Source of the DNA: an uncultured Verrucomicrobiae bacterium
GTDB taxonomy: Bacteria; Verrucomicrobiota; Verrucomicrobiia; Chthoniobacterales; JAFAMB01
Reading direction: 5' to 3'
NCBI GenBank assembly: GCA_963762565.1
Contig: CAVXLD010000005.1
Location: 448,001 to 512,000, forward strand
Length of the DNA stretch: 64,000 bases
The stretch's first letter is position 1; each line of letters begins with the position of its first letter. This document shows positions 9,407 to 18,550 of this stretch, one piece after another. The notes beneath the pieces were generated by a model that saw only the letters and a program-made list of their open reading frames with translations, was not told where the DNA came from and ran no database searches. Position numbers and translations under genes: made by a program.

Positions 9407-12400
9407 GCGAGGCCGTCGAATTGCTGGATTCTCTCGCCAAGCAGGGCGTCGTCTTCTGGGGCGAAGGAAGCAGACTGCGTTACCGCGCTTCGAGCGGTAC
9501 TCTCACCGAGGCGATACGATTGCAATTGGCGTCGCAGAAAGATGTGGTGCTAGGCGCCTGGTGTGAGCGTGCTGCTCAGACCGTTGTTTCGCATCCGGCT
9601 ACGAACGCACAGCGGGCAAATTGGTTTCTGTACCGGACAAAACCCGAAAGCGGCTCATATAATATCGTATTTTCCGCCCGCGTTCGTTCCGCGATTGACG
9701 TGGCTGCTTTGCGTCGTTCTTTTCAGGCTTTGGTGGACCGACATCCATCTTTGCGCACCACTTTTTCAGACGAGGCGGATGGTGTTATTCAGCGGATACA
9801 CGGTTGGATGCCGGTCAGCTTTAGGGAACACGATCGGTCCGGCATCGAGTTGCCCACGCTTCGGGAAGAGGTTCACAAAGCATCGCAAGCACCGTTCGAT
9901 CTAAGAACTGGGCCGCTCATGCGAATCGATCTCTTCAGGCGGTCGGCGGACGATAACGTTCTGCTAGTGACCACACACCATGTCGCGGCAGATGGTTGGT
10001 CGATGTTCTTGCTTCTTGATGATTTAAGACGGCTCTATCCGGCCGAATGTAATGGCGGCGTGGCATACCCGCCGCGTCCGGCGTGCGACATTCTGCAGCA
10101 TGCGCGATGGCAGAGCGACATGCTAGCCGGTCCCGAAGGAGAGGCCCACGAGGCTTACTGGCTCAGCCAGCTGGCAGGCGTTCACACTCAGCTGAGTATG
10201 CCGACGGATCGTCCCCGAACCGTCTTTTTTTCGGAGCGTGGTGCATCGCTTCTGATCGACTTGGGACTCGATTTGAGCCGCGCGGTGCGCGTGCTCGCAG
10301 CGCGGGAGGGAACCACACCATTTACGGTGCTGCTCACGGCCTACCAAATTCTTTTGCACCGTTACACCGGCCAGCATGAGGTGATTGTTGGATCCCCGGT
10401 TTATGGGCGCGATCGTCAGGAATTCGCGGACGTCGTGGGCTTATTCATTAACATGGTCCCGTTAAGGGCGACATTCATTGATGATCCACGGTTCCAGAAA
10501 GTGCTCACACGTACCCGCCAAGCGGTAGTCGAAGGCATTCAGCACCAGGATTATCCGTTTGCGCTTCTGGTTGAGAGGTTACGGCCAAATCGAGACTCTT
10601 CCCGCACTCCCGTTTTTCAAACAGTGTTCAATCTTCAGAAGTACCCGCGGGTTAGCGGACTAGAGGCTTTTTTAGGCCATTGGGGTTCCGAAGAACGCGC
10701 TGAGCTTGGCGGACTAATATTAGAACCGTTTCCGATTCCGCAGCAGGAGGGTCAACAAGAGCTGTCGGTCGAGTTGACCGAGAAAGACGGAGCATATCAA
10801 GGCGTTATGAAGTACAATACCGCCCTTTTTGACGCATCCACGATGGGGCGGTTCTTGAGCCATTATGCTACGCTGCTGCGGTCAATAGTGGCGTCGCCGG
10901 AGACGAAAGTATCTGAGCTGCCTCTGCTAGAGGGGACGGAGCGCGAGTGGCTGGTTACAGGACCAAACGCACCGGAGCGAGAGTATCCCAGAGAGCGAAC
11001 GGTTGTCGATCTAGTTCGGGAACAAGCGGCCCAACGACCGGACGCCAAGGCAGTCAATTTTGAGTCAGAAACACTAACCTATTCGGAGTTAGACATCAGA
11101 TCCACGCGTCTGGCGCGGTACATTCGATCGCTGGGAGTTGGACCAGAGTCGCTGGTCAGTCTCTGTCTGGAACGGGGGTTGGATTTGGAGGTCAGCATCT
11201 TGGCCGTTCTGAAAGCCGGGGCTGCCTATGTGCCGTTAGATCCGACATTTCCGGCCGAGCGATTGCGTTACATGGTGGAAGATTCAGGGGCGAAGATTCT
11301 GATCACTCAGAGGCCGCTTTCGGAGAAATTGTTTTCCGGATCTGATGTGGAATGTGTGTATGTCGACGCCGCCCGAGCTCAAATTGATCAGCAGAGCAGT
11401 GAGCCCTTAGGGCCGCTGGCCGGGCCAGCAAACCGGGCGTACGTGCTTTACACTTCCGGCTCGACGGGCCGCCCCAAAGGCGTGGAGATCGAACATCGTG
11501 CTTTAACTAACTTTTTGTGCTCGATGGCGCGGGAACCGGGGCTAGGGGAGAACGACGTGTTGCTGGCGGTGACTACGCTAGGATTTGATATCGCCGGTTT
11601 GGAATTGTTCCTGCCCTTGATTACCGGAGCCCAAATTGAGTTGGCCAGCCAAGCGACCGCCATGGACGGCGTAGCCTTAGCCCGCGCGCTGAGCAACTCG
11701 GGTGCAACGGTAATGCAGGCTACTCCGGCGACTTGGCAGATGCTGTTTGATTCGGGTTGGCGCGGAGATCGCCGCCTGAAGGTGTTATGCGGCGGAGAAG
11801 CGATGGATCGGGAACTGGCCGCCCGGCTGGTGTCAAGCTGCGGATCGGTCTGGAATATGTATGGGCCGACCGAGACAACGATCTGGTCTTCATTAGCACG
11901 AATCGAATCGGATGAGGTAACGATCGGCCGGCCTATTGCTAACACGCGCTTGTATGTATTGGACAACCACCGCGAACCGGTGCCTCGCGGAGTGGTGGGT
12001 GAGCTATGGATTGCCGGCGATGGCTTAGCGCGGGGATACCTGAACCGGCCAGAACTAACCGCTGAACGGTTTGTGGCCGACCCTTTTCGCCCGGGAGAGC
12101 GGATGTATCGCACCGGAGATCTTGCCCGACACTTAGCCGATGGACGCCTGGAATGTCTGGGACGAATTGACAATCAGGTAAAAATCCGTGGCTACCGAAT
12201 CGAGTTGGGCGAGATCGAGACCGTCCTTCATTCCCACCCCCAGGTGCAAGGTTGTGTGGTGGCAGCGCGATCGGAAAATGGCAGTGACGCGCGACTATTA
12301 GCCTATGTCTTACCGGTTGCTGACCGGCCCGCCATCGAGGAATTGCGAACTTACCTTCAGACACATTTGCCCGACTACATGATTCCGTCGGGGTTCGTGT

Positions 12401-15400
12401 TTCTCGATGCCATTCCGCTTACGCCAAATGGCAAGGTGGACCGCAACGCCTTACCGATTCCCGAGAACAACCTGCCCGAGCAAAAAGCTGATTATGTGGC
12501 CCCTCGTAACGAGATCGAAGCAACCATGGCCGAAATCTGGGCTGACGTTTTGGGCCTCGAGAAGGTCGGAGTTTTCGATCACTTCTTTGAGTTGGGCGGC
12601 CACTCTTTAGCTGCTGTCCGGCTTGCGAGCCGGATCCGCGCGGCATTCGGTGTTGAGCTCTCTATCGCCGAGATCTTTGATTCACCGCAGCTGGCGCAGC
12701 AGGCAGGTTTCGTCGAAGAAGCGCGGGGATCGGTTCGTGTCGTCAGCGAAATCGAAGTTGTCCAACCAAGGCCAGATCGAATTCCGCTGTCGCCAGCGCA
12801 ATTGGGATTCTGGTTCGGCTGTCGACTAGAAGGAAGTGCAACTTTCAATATGCCGTGTGCGCTGAGGTTGCAGGGGGAGCTGCATGAGGCAGCGCTTGAG
12901 GCGGCGTTCAGGGATATTATTGGACGCCATGAAACTCTGCGGACGATTTTCCCCGAGGAAGATGGAGTGGCCTATCAACGGATTCTCTCGATGGAGGAAG
13001 TGGGTTCAATCCTCAAAGTCGAGGAGTTAGAAGAAGCGTGCCTCGCAGAACGATTGGCGGAGAGGGCAGGGATCGCATTGGACCTTACCTGCGAAATCCC
13101 TCTCCGACTATGGGTGTTCAGGCTCGCACCTCATGAACATGTGATGCTCCTCGTTCTGCACCATGTCGCGGGGGACGCTTGGTCAGGTTTGCCTTTCCTC
13201 CGAGATTTGTCGCTCGCTTACGAGGCGCGTTGTCGAGGCCAAGCGCCGGATTTCAAGCCACTGCGCGTGCAGTATGCGGATTACACGCTGTGGCGGCGCA
13301 AATATCTCGGTGAGGAAAGCGACCCGGATAGCCGGCTTGGTCAACAATTGCACTTTTGGAGCAAGGCCTTAGCAGGTGCGCCCCAAGAGTTGAATCTGCC
13401 AGCAGACTACGGCCGTCCAGCCGTTCTCAGCTATCGAGGTGGTAGCATCGCCATGCACATCAACGCCCAGCTGCATCGCGAGTTAGCGGAGTTTGGGCAG
13501 GCTCACGGAGTGAGTCTCTTCATGGTTTTACAGGCAGGTTTGGCCGCATTGTTAACCCGCATGGGAGCGGGCGAAGATATACCAATTGGCGTTGTGACGG
13601 CCGGCCGAATTGATCCGATTCTGGAGGACCTCATCGGAGTCTTCATCAACACGCTGGTGATGCGGACCGATGTCTCCGGTGACCCCAGTTTTGTGGAATT
13701 GCTGGGCAGAGTGAGAAAGTTCGATCTTGAGGCGTACGCTCATCAGGATCTTCCCTTTGGGCACCTCGTGGAAGCATTGAATCCTGAGCGGTCGCCCGCG
13801 CGTCACCCAATCTTCCAGGTGGCACTCGTGCTCCGCAACATACCGGCACTAGAGCTAAAATTGCCACGACTGAAAATCAAGCTTGAACCACTGCATCCGA
13901 CGTTGGCGGCATTGGACCTGATGCTGGACTTAAATGAACACCTCGGAACTGAAGGAGAGCCCTTGGGGATCGACGGCGGTTTGTACTACAGGCTGGATCG
14001 CTTCGACCACGGAACGGTCGAAAAGTTGAGTGCACGCCTGCTCCGCCTCCTGGAGTCCGCTCTAGCATGTCCGGATGAGCCCCTCCACCGGCTTGATATC
14101 CTGCCTCCGGAAGAACGAAGACAATTATTGGAGAATTTCAGCGGCGTCCAGCATGAGGTACCGGAGCAGACGCTTGTCGGACTGTTTGAAACCCGAGTGG
14201 CACGCACGCCGCAAGCTTGCGCGATTAGGTTTGCCAGAGAGTCATTGAGTTATGCCGAACTCAATGCGCGGTCTAACCGGCTCGCCCATTTTCTCGCCGG
14301 CCGCGGAATTGGACCGGAGTCGCTGATCGGTCTCTGTCTGGAACGGGGGTTGGATTTGGAGGTCAGCATCTTGGCCGTTCTGAAAGCCGGGGCTGCCTAT
14401 GTGCCGTTAGATCCGACATTTCCGGCCGAGCGATTGCGTTACATGGTGGAAGATTCAGGGGCGAAGATTCTGATCACTCAGAGGCCGCTTTCGGAGAAAT
14501 TGTTTTCCGGATCTGATGTGGAATGTGTGTATGTCGACGCCGCCCGAGCTCAAATTGATCAGCAGAGCAGTGAGCCCTTAGGGCCGCTGGCCGGGCCAGC
14601 AAACCGGGCGTACGTGCTTTACACTTCCGGCTCGACGGGCCGCCCCAAAGGCGTGGAGATCGAACATCGTGCTTTAACTAACTTTTTGTGCTCGATGGCG
14701 CGGGAACCGGGGCTAGGGGAGAACGACGTGTTGCTGGCGGTGACTACGCTAGGATTTGATATCGCCGGTTTGGAATTGTTCCTGCCCTTGATTACCGGAG
14801 CCCAAATTGAGTTGGCCAGCCAAGCGACCGCCATGGACGGCGTAGCCTTAGCCCGCGCGCTGAGCAACTCGGGTGCAACGGTAATGCAGGCTACTCCGGC
14901 GACTTGGCAGATGCTGTTTGATTCGGGTTGGCGCGGAGATCGCCGCCTGAAGGTGTTATGCGGCGGAGAAGCGATGGATCGGGAACTGGCCGCCCGGCTG
15001 GTGTCAAGCTGCGGATCGGTCTGGAATATGTATGGGCCGACCGAGACAACGATCTGGTCTTCATTAGCACGAATCGAATCGGATGAGGTAACGATCGGCC
15101 GGCCTATTGCTAACACGCGCTTGTATGTATTGGACAACCACCGCGAACCGGTGCCTCGCGGAGTGGTGGGTGAGCTATGGATTGCCGGCGATGGCTTAGC
15201 GCGGGGATACCTGAACCGGCCAGAACTAACCGCTGAACGGTTTGTGGCCGACCCTTTTCGCCCGGGAGAGCGGATGTATCGCACCGGAGATCTTGCCCGA
15301 CACTTAGCCGATGGACGCCTGGAATGTCTGGGACGAATTGACAATCAGGTAAAAATCCGTGGCTACCGAATCGAGTTGGGCGAGATCGAGACCGTCCTTC

Positions 15401-16746
15401 ATTCCCACCCCCAGGTGCAAGGTTGTGTGGTGGCAGCGCGATCGGAAAATGGCAGTGACGCGCGACTATTAGCCTATGTCTTACCGGTTGCTGACCGGCC
15501 CGCCATCGAGGAATTGCGAACTTACCTTCAGACACATTTGCCCGACTACATGATTCCGTCGGGGTTCGTGTTTCTCGATGCCATTCCGCTTACGCCAAAT
15601 GGCAAGGTGGACCGCAACGCCTTACCGATTCCCGAGAACAACCTGCCCGAGCAAAAAGCTGATTATGTGGCCCCTCGTAACGAGATCGAAGCAACCATGG
15701 CCGAAATCTGGGCTGACGTTTTGGGCCTCGAGAAGGTCGGAGTTTTCGATCACTTCTTTGAGTTGGGCGGCCACTCTCTTTCTGCGACTCGGTTGTTGGC
15801 CCGGTTGAAGGCTGCATTTCAAGCGGATCTCCCTCTTAGGAGTCTATTCATTGAGCCGACAGTCGCCGGACTGTCTAAACACATCGTATACGATGTTTCT
15901 AATCAACGGTACCGTTATCTGGATCAGATCCCTCGGTTTAAGCGCCTGGTACCGGTGCAACCTAACGGCTCCCGAATCCCGCTTTTCCTTGTGGCCGGCT
16001 TTTGGAACGCAGAAGATACGATGCGGACACTCTCGGGATTCATACCTCACTTGGGCCTCGATCAACCGCTTTACGGGTTTCAGCCGCGCTGGGTGGAAGG
16101 CAGTGCAGAGCGTTACTCAGGCGTAGAGGAAGTAGCATCTGAGTTCCTGACCGAGTTGCTTTCTGTTCAACCTAGCGGTCCGTACCAGCTCGGAGGCGAC
16201 TGCGTCGGGGGCATCATCGCCCTGGTTATGGCAGATGAACTAATACGCCGCGGTGAGGAGGTCCGGTTTCTCGTGTTATTAGACACTCACAAGCCGGGGT
16301 GGCTGCGCTCGCTGGAAACCTATCTCGGCAATGTCTGGCGCCACCATGTGTTGCCTAGAACGAAACATATAATGGACGTTATCAGCCGAATAGTAACCGC
16401 CGACCACAGCCTACGGAGGGAGCTAGTTCGGGATGTGGCTCGACGTAAACTCAAAGGGGATAGGGCGAGGAGTAAGGAGGAACTGATGCAGGAGCGCCTA
16501 CACAAGTTGAGAATGGATTATATAGACACCGTTTACCGGCACAATCTGAAGAGCTACCCAGGCAAAATTACCTTAATAGTCAACGAGAAACAGTATAAGT
16601 CCGACAAGCACCTGGGGTGGAACGGAATCGCTTTAGAGGGCGTGGAAGTCCACACTACTCCTGGTGACCACTTGACTCGCTTTCATTATGGAAAAGAGCT
16701 CGCCCAATGCCTTGTTCACTGCCTGACCATGGCAAAAGCAAAATGA
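9403..16746 (+). CDS. NRPS: N-terminal docking domain-C-A(Gly)-PCP-C-A(Gly)-PCP-TE
   Basis: C domains HHVAADG and HHVAGDA. Both A domains have YTSGSTGRPKG and a specificity code read by eye as DILQLGMIWK (Gly type). PCP GGHSL twice, TE GGDCVGG. ATGA overlap with the upstream PKS. Confidence 0.97.
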   Translation: MSEAVELLDSLAKQGVVFWGEGSRLRYRASSGTLTEAIRLQLASQKDVVLGAWCERAAQTVVSHPATNAQRANWFLYRTKPESGSYNIVFSARVRSAIDVAALRRSFQALVDRHPSLRTTFSDEADGVIQRIHGWMPVSFREHDRSGIELPTLREEVHKASQAPFDLRTGPLMRIDLFRRSADDNVLLVTTHHVAADGWSMFLLLDDLRRLYPAECNGGVAYPPRPACDILQHARWQSDMLAGPEGEAHEAYWLSQLAGVHTQLSMPTDRPRTVFFSERGASLLIDLGLDLSRAVRVLAAREGTTPFTVLLTAYQILLHRYTGQHEVIVGSPVYGRDRQEFADVVGLFINMVPLRATFIDDPRFQKVLTRTRQAVVEGIQHQDYPFALLVERLRPNRDSSRTPVFQTVFNLQKYPRVSGLEAFLGHWGSEERAELGGLILEPFPIPQQEGQQELSVELTEKDGAYQGVMKYNTALFDASTMGRFLSHYATLLRSIVASPETKVSELPLLEGTEREWLVTGPNAPEREYPRERTVVDLVREQAAQRPDAKAVNFESETLTYSELDIRSTRLARYIRSLGVGPESLVSLCLERGLDLEVSILAVLKAGAAYVPLDPTFPAERLRYMVEDSGAKILITQRPLSEKLFSGSDVECVYVDAARAQIDQQSSEPLGPLAGPANRAYVLYTSGSTGRPKGVEIEHRALTNFLCSMAREPGLGENDVLLAVTTLGFDIAGLELFLPLITGAQIELASQATAMDGVALARALSNSGATVMQATPATWQMLFDSGWRGDRRLKVLCGGEAMDRELAARLVSSCGSVWNMYGPTETTIWSSLARIESDEVTIGRPIANTRLYVLDNHREPVPRGVVGELWIAGDGLARGYLNRPELTAERFVADPFRPGERMYRTGDLARHLADGRLECLGRIDNQVKIRGYRIELGEIETVLHSHPQVQGCVVAARSENGSDARLLAYVLPVADRPAIEELRTYLQTHLPDYMIPSGFVFLDAIPLTPNGKVDRNALPIPENNLPEQKADYVAPRNEIEATMAEIWADVLGLEKVGVFDHFFELGGHSLAAVRLASRIRAAFGVELSIAEIFDSPQLAQQAGFVEEARGSVRVVSEIEVVQPRPDRIPLSPAQLGFWFGCRLEGSATFNMPCALRLQGELHEAALEAAFRDIIGRHETLRTIFPEEDGVAYQRILSMEEVGSILKVEELEEACLAERLAERAGIALDLTCEIPLRLWVFRLAPHEHVMLLVLHHVAGDAWSGLPFLRDLSLAYEARCRGQAPDFKPLRVQYADYTLWRRKYLGEESDPDSRLGQQLHFWSKALAGAPQELNLPADYGRPAVLSYRGGSIAMHINAQLHRELAEFGQAHGVSLFMVLQAGLAALLTRMGAGEDIPIGVVTAGRIDPILEDLIGVFINTLVMRTDVSGDPSFVELLGRVRKFDLEAYAHQDLPFGHLVEALNPERSPARHPIFQVALVLRNIPALELKLPRLKIKLEPLHPTLAALDLMLDLNEHLGTEGEPLGIDGGLYYRLDRFDHGTVEKLSARLLRLLESALACPDEPLHRLDILPPEERRQLLENFSGVQHEVPEQTLVGLFETRVARTPQACAIRFARESLSYAELNARSNRLAHFLAGRGIGPESLIGLCLERGLDLEVSILAVLKAGAAYVPLDPTFPAERLRYMVEDSGAKILITQRPLSEKLFSGSDVECVYVDAARAQIDQQSSEPLGPLAGPANRAYVLYTSGSTGRPKGVEIEHRALTNFLCSMAREPGLGENDVLLAVTTLGFDIAGLELFLPLITGAQIELASQATAMDGVALARALSNSGATVMQATPATWQMLFDSGWRGDRRLKVLCGGEAMDRELAARLVSSCGSVWNMYGPTETTIWSSLARIESDEVTIGRPIANTRLYVLDNHREPVPRGVVGELWIAGDGLARGYLNRPELTAERFVADPFRPGERMYRTGDLARHLADGRLECLGRIDNQVKIRGYRIELGEIETVLHSHPQVQGCVVAARSENGSDARLLAYVLPVADRPAIEELRTYLQTHLPDYMIPSGFVFLDAIPLTPNGKVDRNALPIPENNLPEQKADYVAPRNEIEATMAEIWADVLGLEKVGVFDHFFELGGHSLSATRLLARLKAAFQADLPLRSLFIEPTVAGLSKHIVYDVSNQRYRYLDQIPRFKRLVPVQPNGSRIPLFLVAGFWNAEDTMRTLSGFIPHLGLDQPLYGFQPRWVEGSAERYSGVEEVASEFLTELLSVQPSGPYQLGGDCVGGIIALVMADELIRRGEEVRFLVLLDTHKPGWLRSLETYLGNVWRHHVLPRTKHIMDVISRIVTADHSLRRELVRDVARRKLKGDRARSKEELMQERLHKLRMDYIDTVYRHNLKSYPGKITLIVNEKQYKSDKHLGWNGIALEGVEVHTTPGDHLTRFHYGKELAQCLVHCLTMAKAK
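11159..15777 (+). repeat. Apparently exact 1448-bp internal duplication in the NRPS (11159-12606 = 14330-15777)
   Basis: Offset 3171 bp. Boundaries read by eye; the antisense ORFs in both copies translate identically. Confidence 0.92.
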
Positions 16747-16758
16747 TCTCCACGGCAC

Positions 16759-17610
16759 ATGCTGATTAGCTCATCTACCTCGCCACAGAGCGTGATTTCT
16801 GCACGAGGCGTCACGATGCGTTTCCCAATCCGGAAGCGTTATCGCGAACTCGTACTGGCTCCGTCCAGGCCAAGAAAATTCTTCACGGCTTTGAAGTCCG
16901 TCAATCTAGAAATCGAGAGAGGAGATAGGATTGCAGTTCTGGGTCCAAATGGCGCGGGCAAGACCACACTACTTAAGCTGATTGGCGGTCTGTTACTGCC
17001 GAGTGAAGGTGAAGTTGTGGTCAATGGTCACAGCACCCTTCTCCACAACGCGGCTGCCCGAAAATCGGTTGGATTTGTGATGAACGAAGAGCGGAGTTTT
17101 TTTTGGCGATTGACCGCACGACAGAATCTCGAGTTCTTTGCTGCCTTGGACGATCTGTGGGGAAGGAGTCTGACGAAACGCTTGCAGGAGTTAGTGCAGT
17201 TTGTCGGCTTAGAAGCATCTGCCGATAAGCCTGTCGAAACGTTTTCTTCGGGGATGAAACAACGCCTGGCTCTGGCGCGCGGTCTGATTGCCGAGCCCGA
17301 AGTCCTGATACTGGATGAGCCGACCCGAGCGCTTGATCCGGTAGCCTGTGAAGATCTGATTGACCTTATTATGGACCGGCTGCACAAGGGTTCTCGAAAG
17401 ACGATGCTGATCGCAACCCATCGATTGGAAGAAGCCATGAAGTTGTGCAATAAGGTCCTGGTCATCAGCGAAGGACAAATCGTCGGATTCGATGGTGTCT
17501 CGAATCTGACCGCCCGGGGAATCAGTCTTCGTGAGTATTACCGAAATCATGTGAGTAATAACTCACTGTTTTCGCGAGTTGAGCGAAGCGAATCGCTGGT
17601 TGCAGGGTAG
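16759..17610 (+). CDS. ABC exporter ATP-binding subunit
   Basis: Walker A GPNGAGKTT, signature FSSGMKQR, Walker B LILDEPT, H-loop ATH. Confidence 0.95.
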   Translation: MLISSSTSPQSVISARGVTMRFPIRKRYRELVLAPSRPRKFFTALKSVNLEIERGDRIAVLGPNGAGKTTLLKLIGGLLLPSEGEVVVNGHSTLLHNAAARKSVGFVMNEERSFFWRLTARQNLEFFAALDDLWGRSLTKRLQELVQFVGLEASADKPVETFSSGMKQRLALARGLIAEPEVLILDEPTRALDPVACEDLIDLIMDRLHKGSRKTMLIATHRLEEAMKLCNKVLVISEGQIVGFDGVSNLTARGISLREYYRNHVSNNSLFSRVERSESLVAG

Positions 17611-17716
17611 CCAGAAGAAGTCCGCCAGACTGCCGTTTGCACCTTCTCGGGCGGAAAAAAGGCTCCATGGGAGCAAAACCTTTGGAGGTGGCCGGGAGCT
17701 ATTCGGCTTAACTGCT

Positions 17717-18532
17717 ATGATCGCATTACTTCGCAAGTGCTTTGCCTTTATCCGGCGAGACTTCCAAATCGAATCCGGTTACAAGGTTAGTTTTGTTACG
17801 GGCGCCTTGGATTCGATGATGATCCTCGTCTTCTTCTATTTTCTGAGTAGACTGGTGACAACCCAAGGCGCGCAGTACGCAGCTCGCTACGGTAGCAACT
17901 ACCTATCCTTTGCCGTCATCGGCATTGCTTTGGCTCGATATTTTCAACTGACGCTACGCATGTTCTCGGATTCTATCCGGACGGCTCAAATGAGTGGCTG
18001 TTTGGAAGCGATGCTTAGCAGTCAGACAAACTCGCTGACCATTGTGCTGCTGTCATCACTCTATGGCTTAGTATCGGGAGCCGTGCAGCCGCTACTAATA
18101 TTCGTGGCCGCGGCGGTGTTTATGGGAGTCGATTTCAGTCACGCGAATGTTCTATCGACAGTTTTGATTCTCGGGTTTTCAATTGTAATCTTCGTGGCGT
18201 TCGGGGTGTTATCGGCGGCAACTATTCTGTGGCTTAAAAAAGGTGATCCGCTTGCTTGGGTCCTAGGTGTGATGGGGACTGTGCTGAGTGGCGCCTACTT
18301 TCCGGTCGACCTGCTGCCGGTGTGGCTTCAGAAGGTCTCTTTTCTGATCCCTATCACCTATTCCCTTGATGCATTGAGATTGACTATCTTGAAAGGCTAC
18401 TCAGTGGCGATGATTTCTGGGCAAACACTGATTTTGGGATTGATGGCTGCGGTCCTGTTGCCTCTCAGTTTAGGCATTTTCGCTGCGATGGTCCGAAAGG
18501 GCCGTATCGAAGGCACGCTGGCTCAGTACTGA
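17717..18532 (+). CDS. ABC-2 type exporter permease
   Basis: About six hydrophobic segments and LSGAYFPV..LP.WLQ..S..IPITY. ATG 17717 preferred over track start 17579. Confidence 0.9.
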   Translation: MIALLRKCFAFIRRDFQIESGYKVSFVTGALDSMMILVFFYFLSRLVTTQGAQYAARYGSNYLSFAVIGIALARYFQLTLRMFSDSIRTAQMSGCLEAMLSSQTNSLTIVLLSSLYGLVSGAVQPLLIFVAAAVFMGVDFSHANVLSTVLILGFSIVIFVAFGVLSAATILWLKKGDPLAWVLGVMGTVLSGAYFPVDLLPVWLQKVSFLIPITYSLDALRLTILKGYSVAMISGQTLILGLMAAVLLPLSLGIFAAMVRKGRIEGTLAQY

Positions 18533-18550
18533 AGTCGACTGGTTTTCCGA

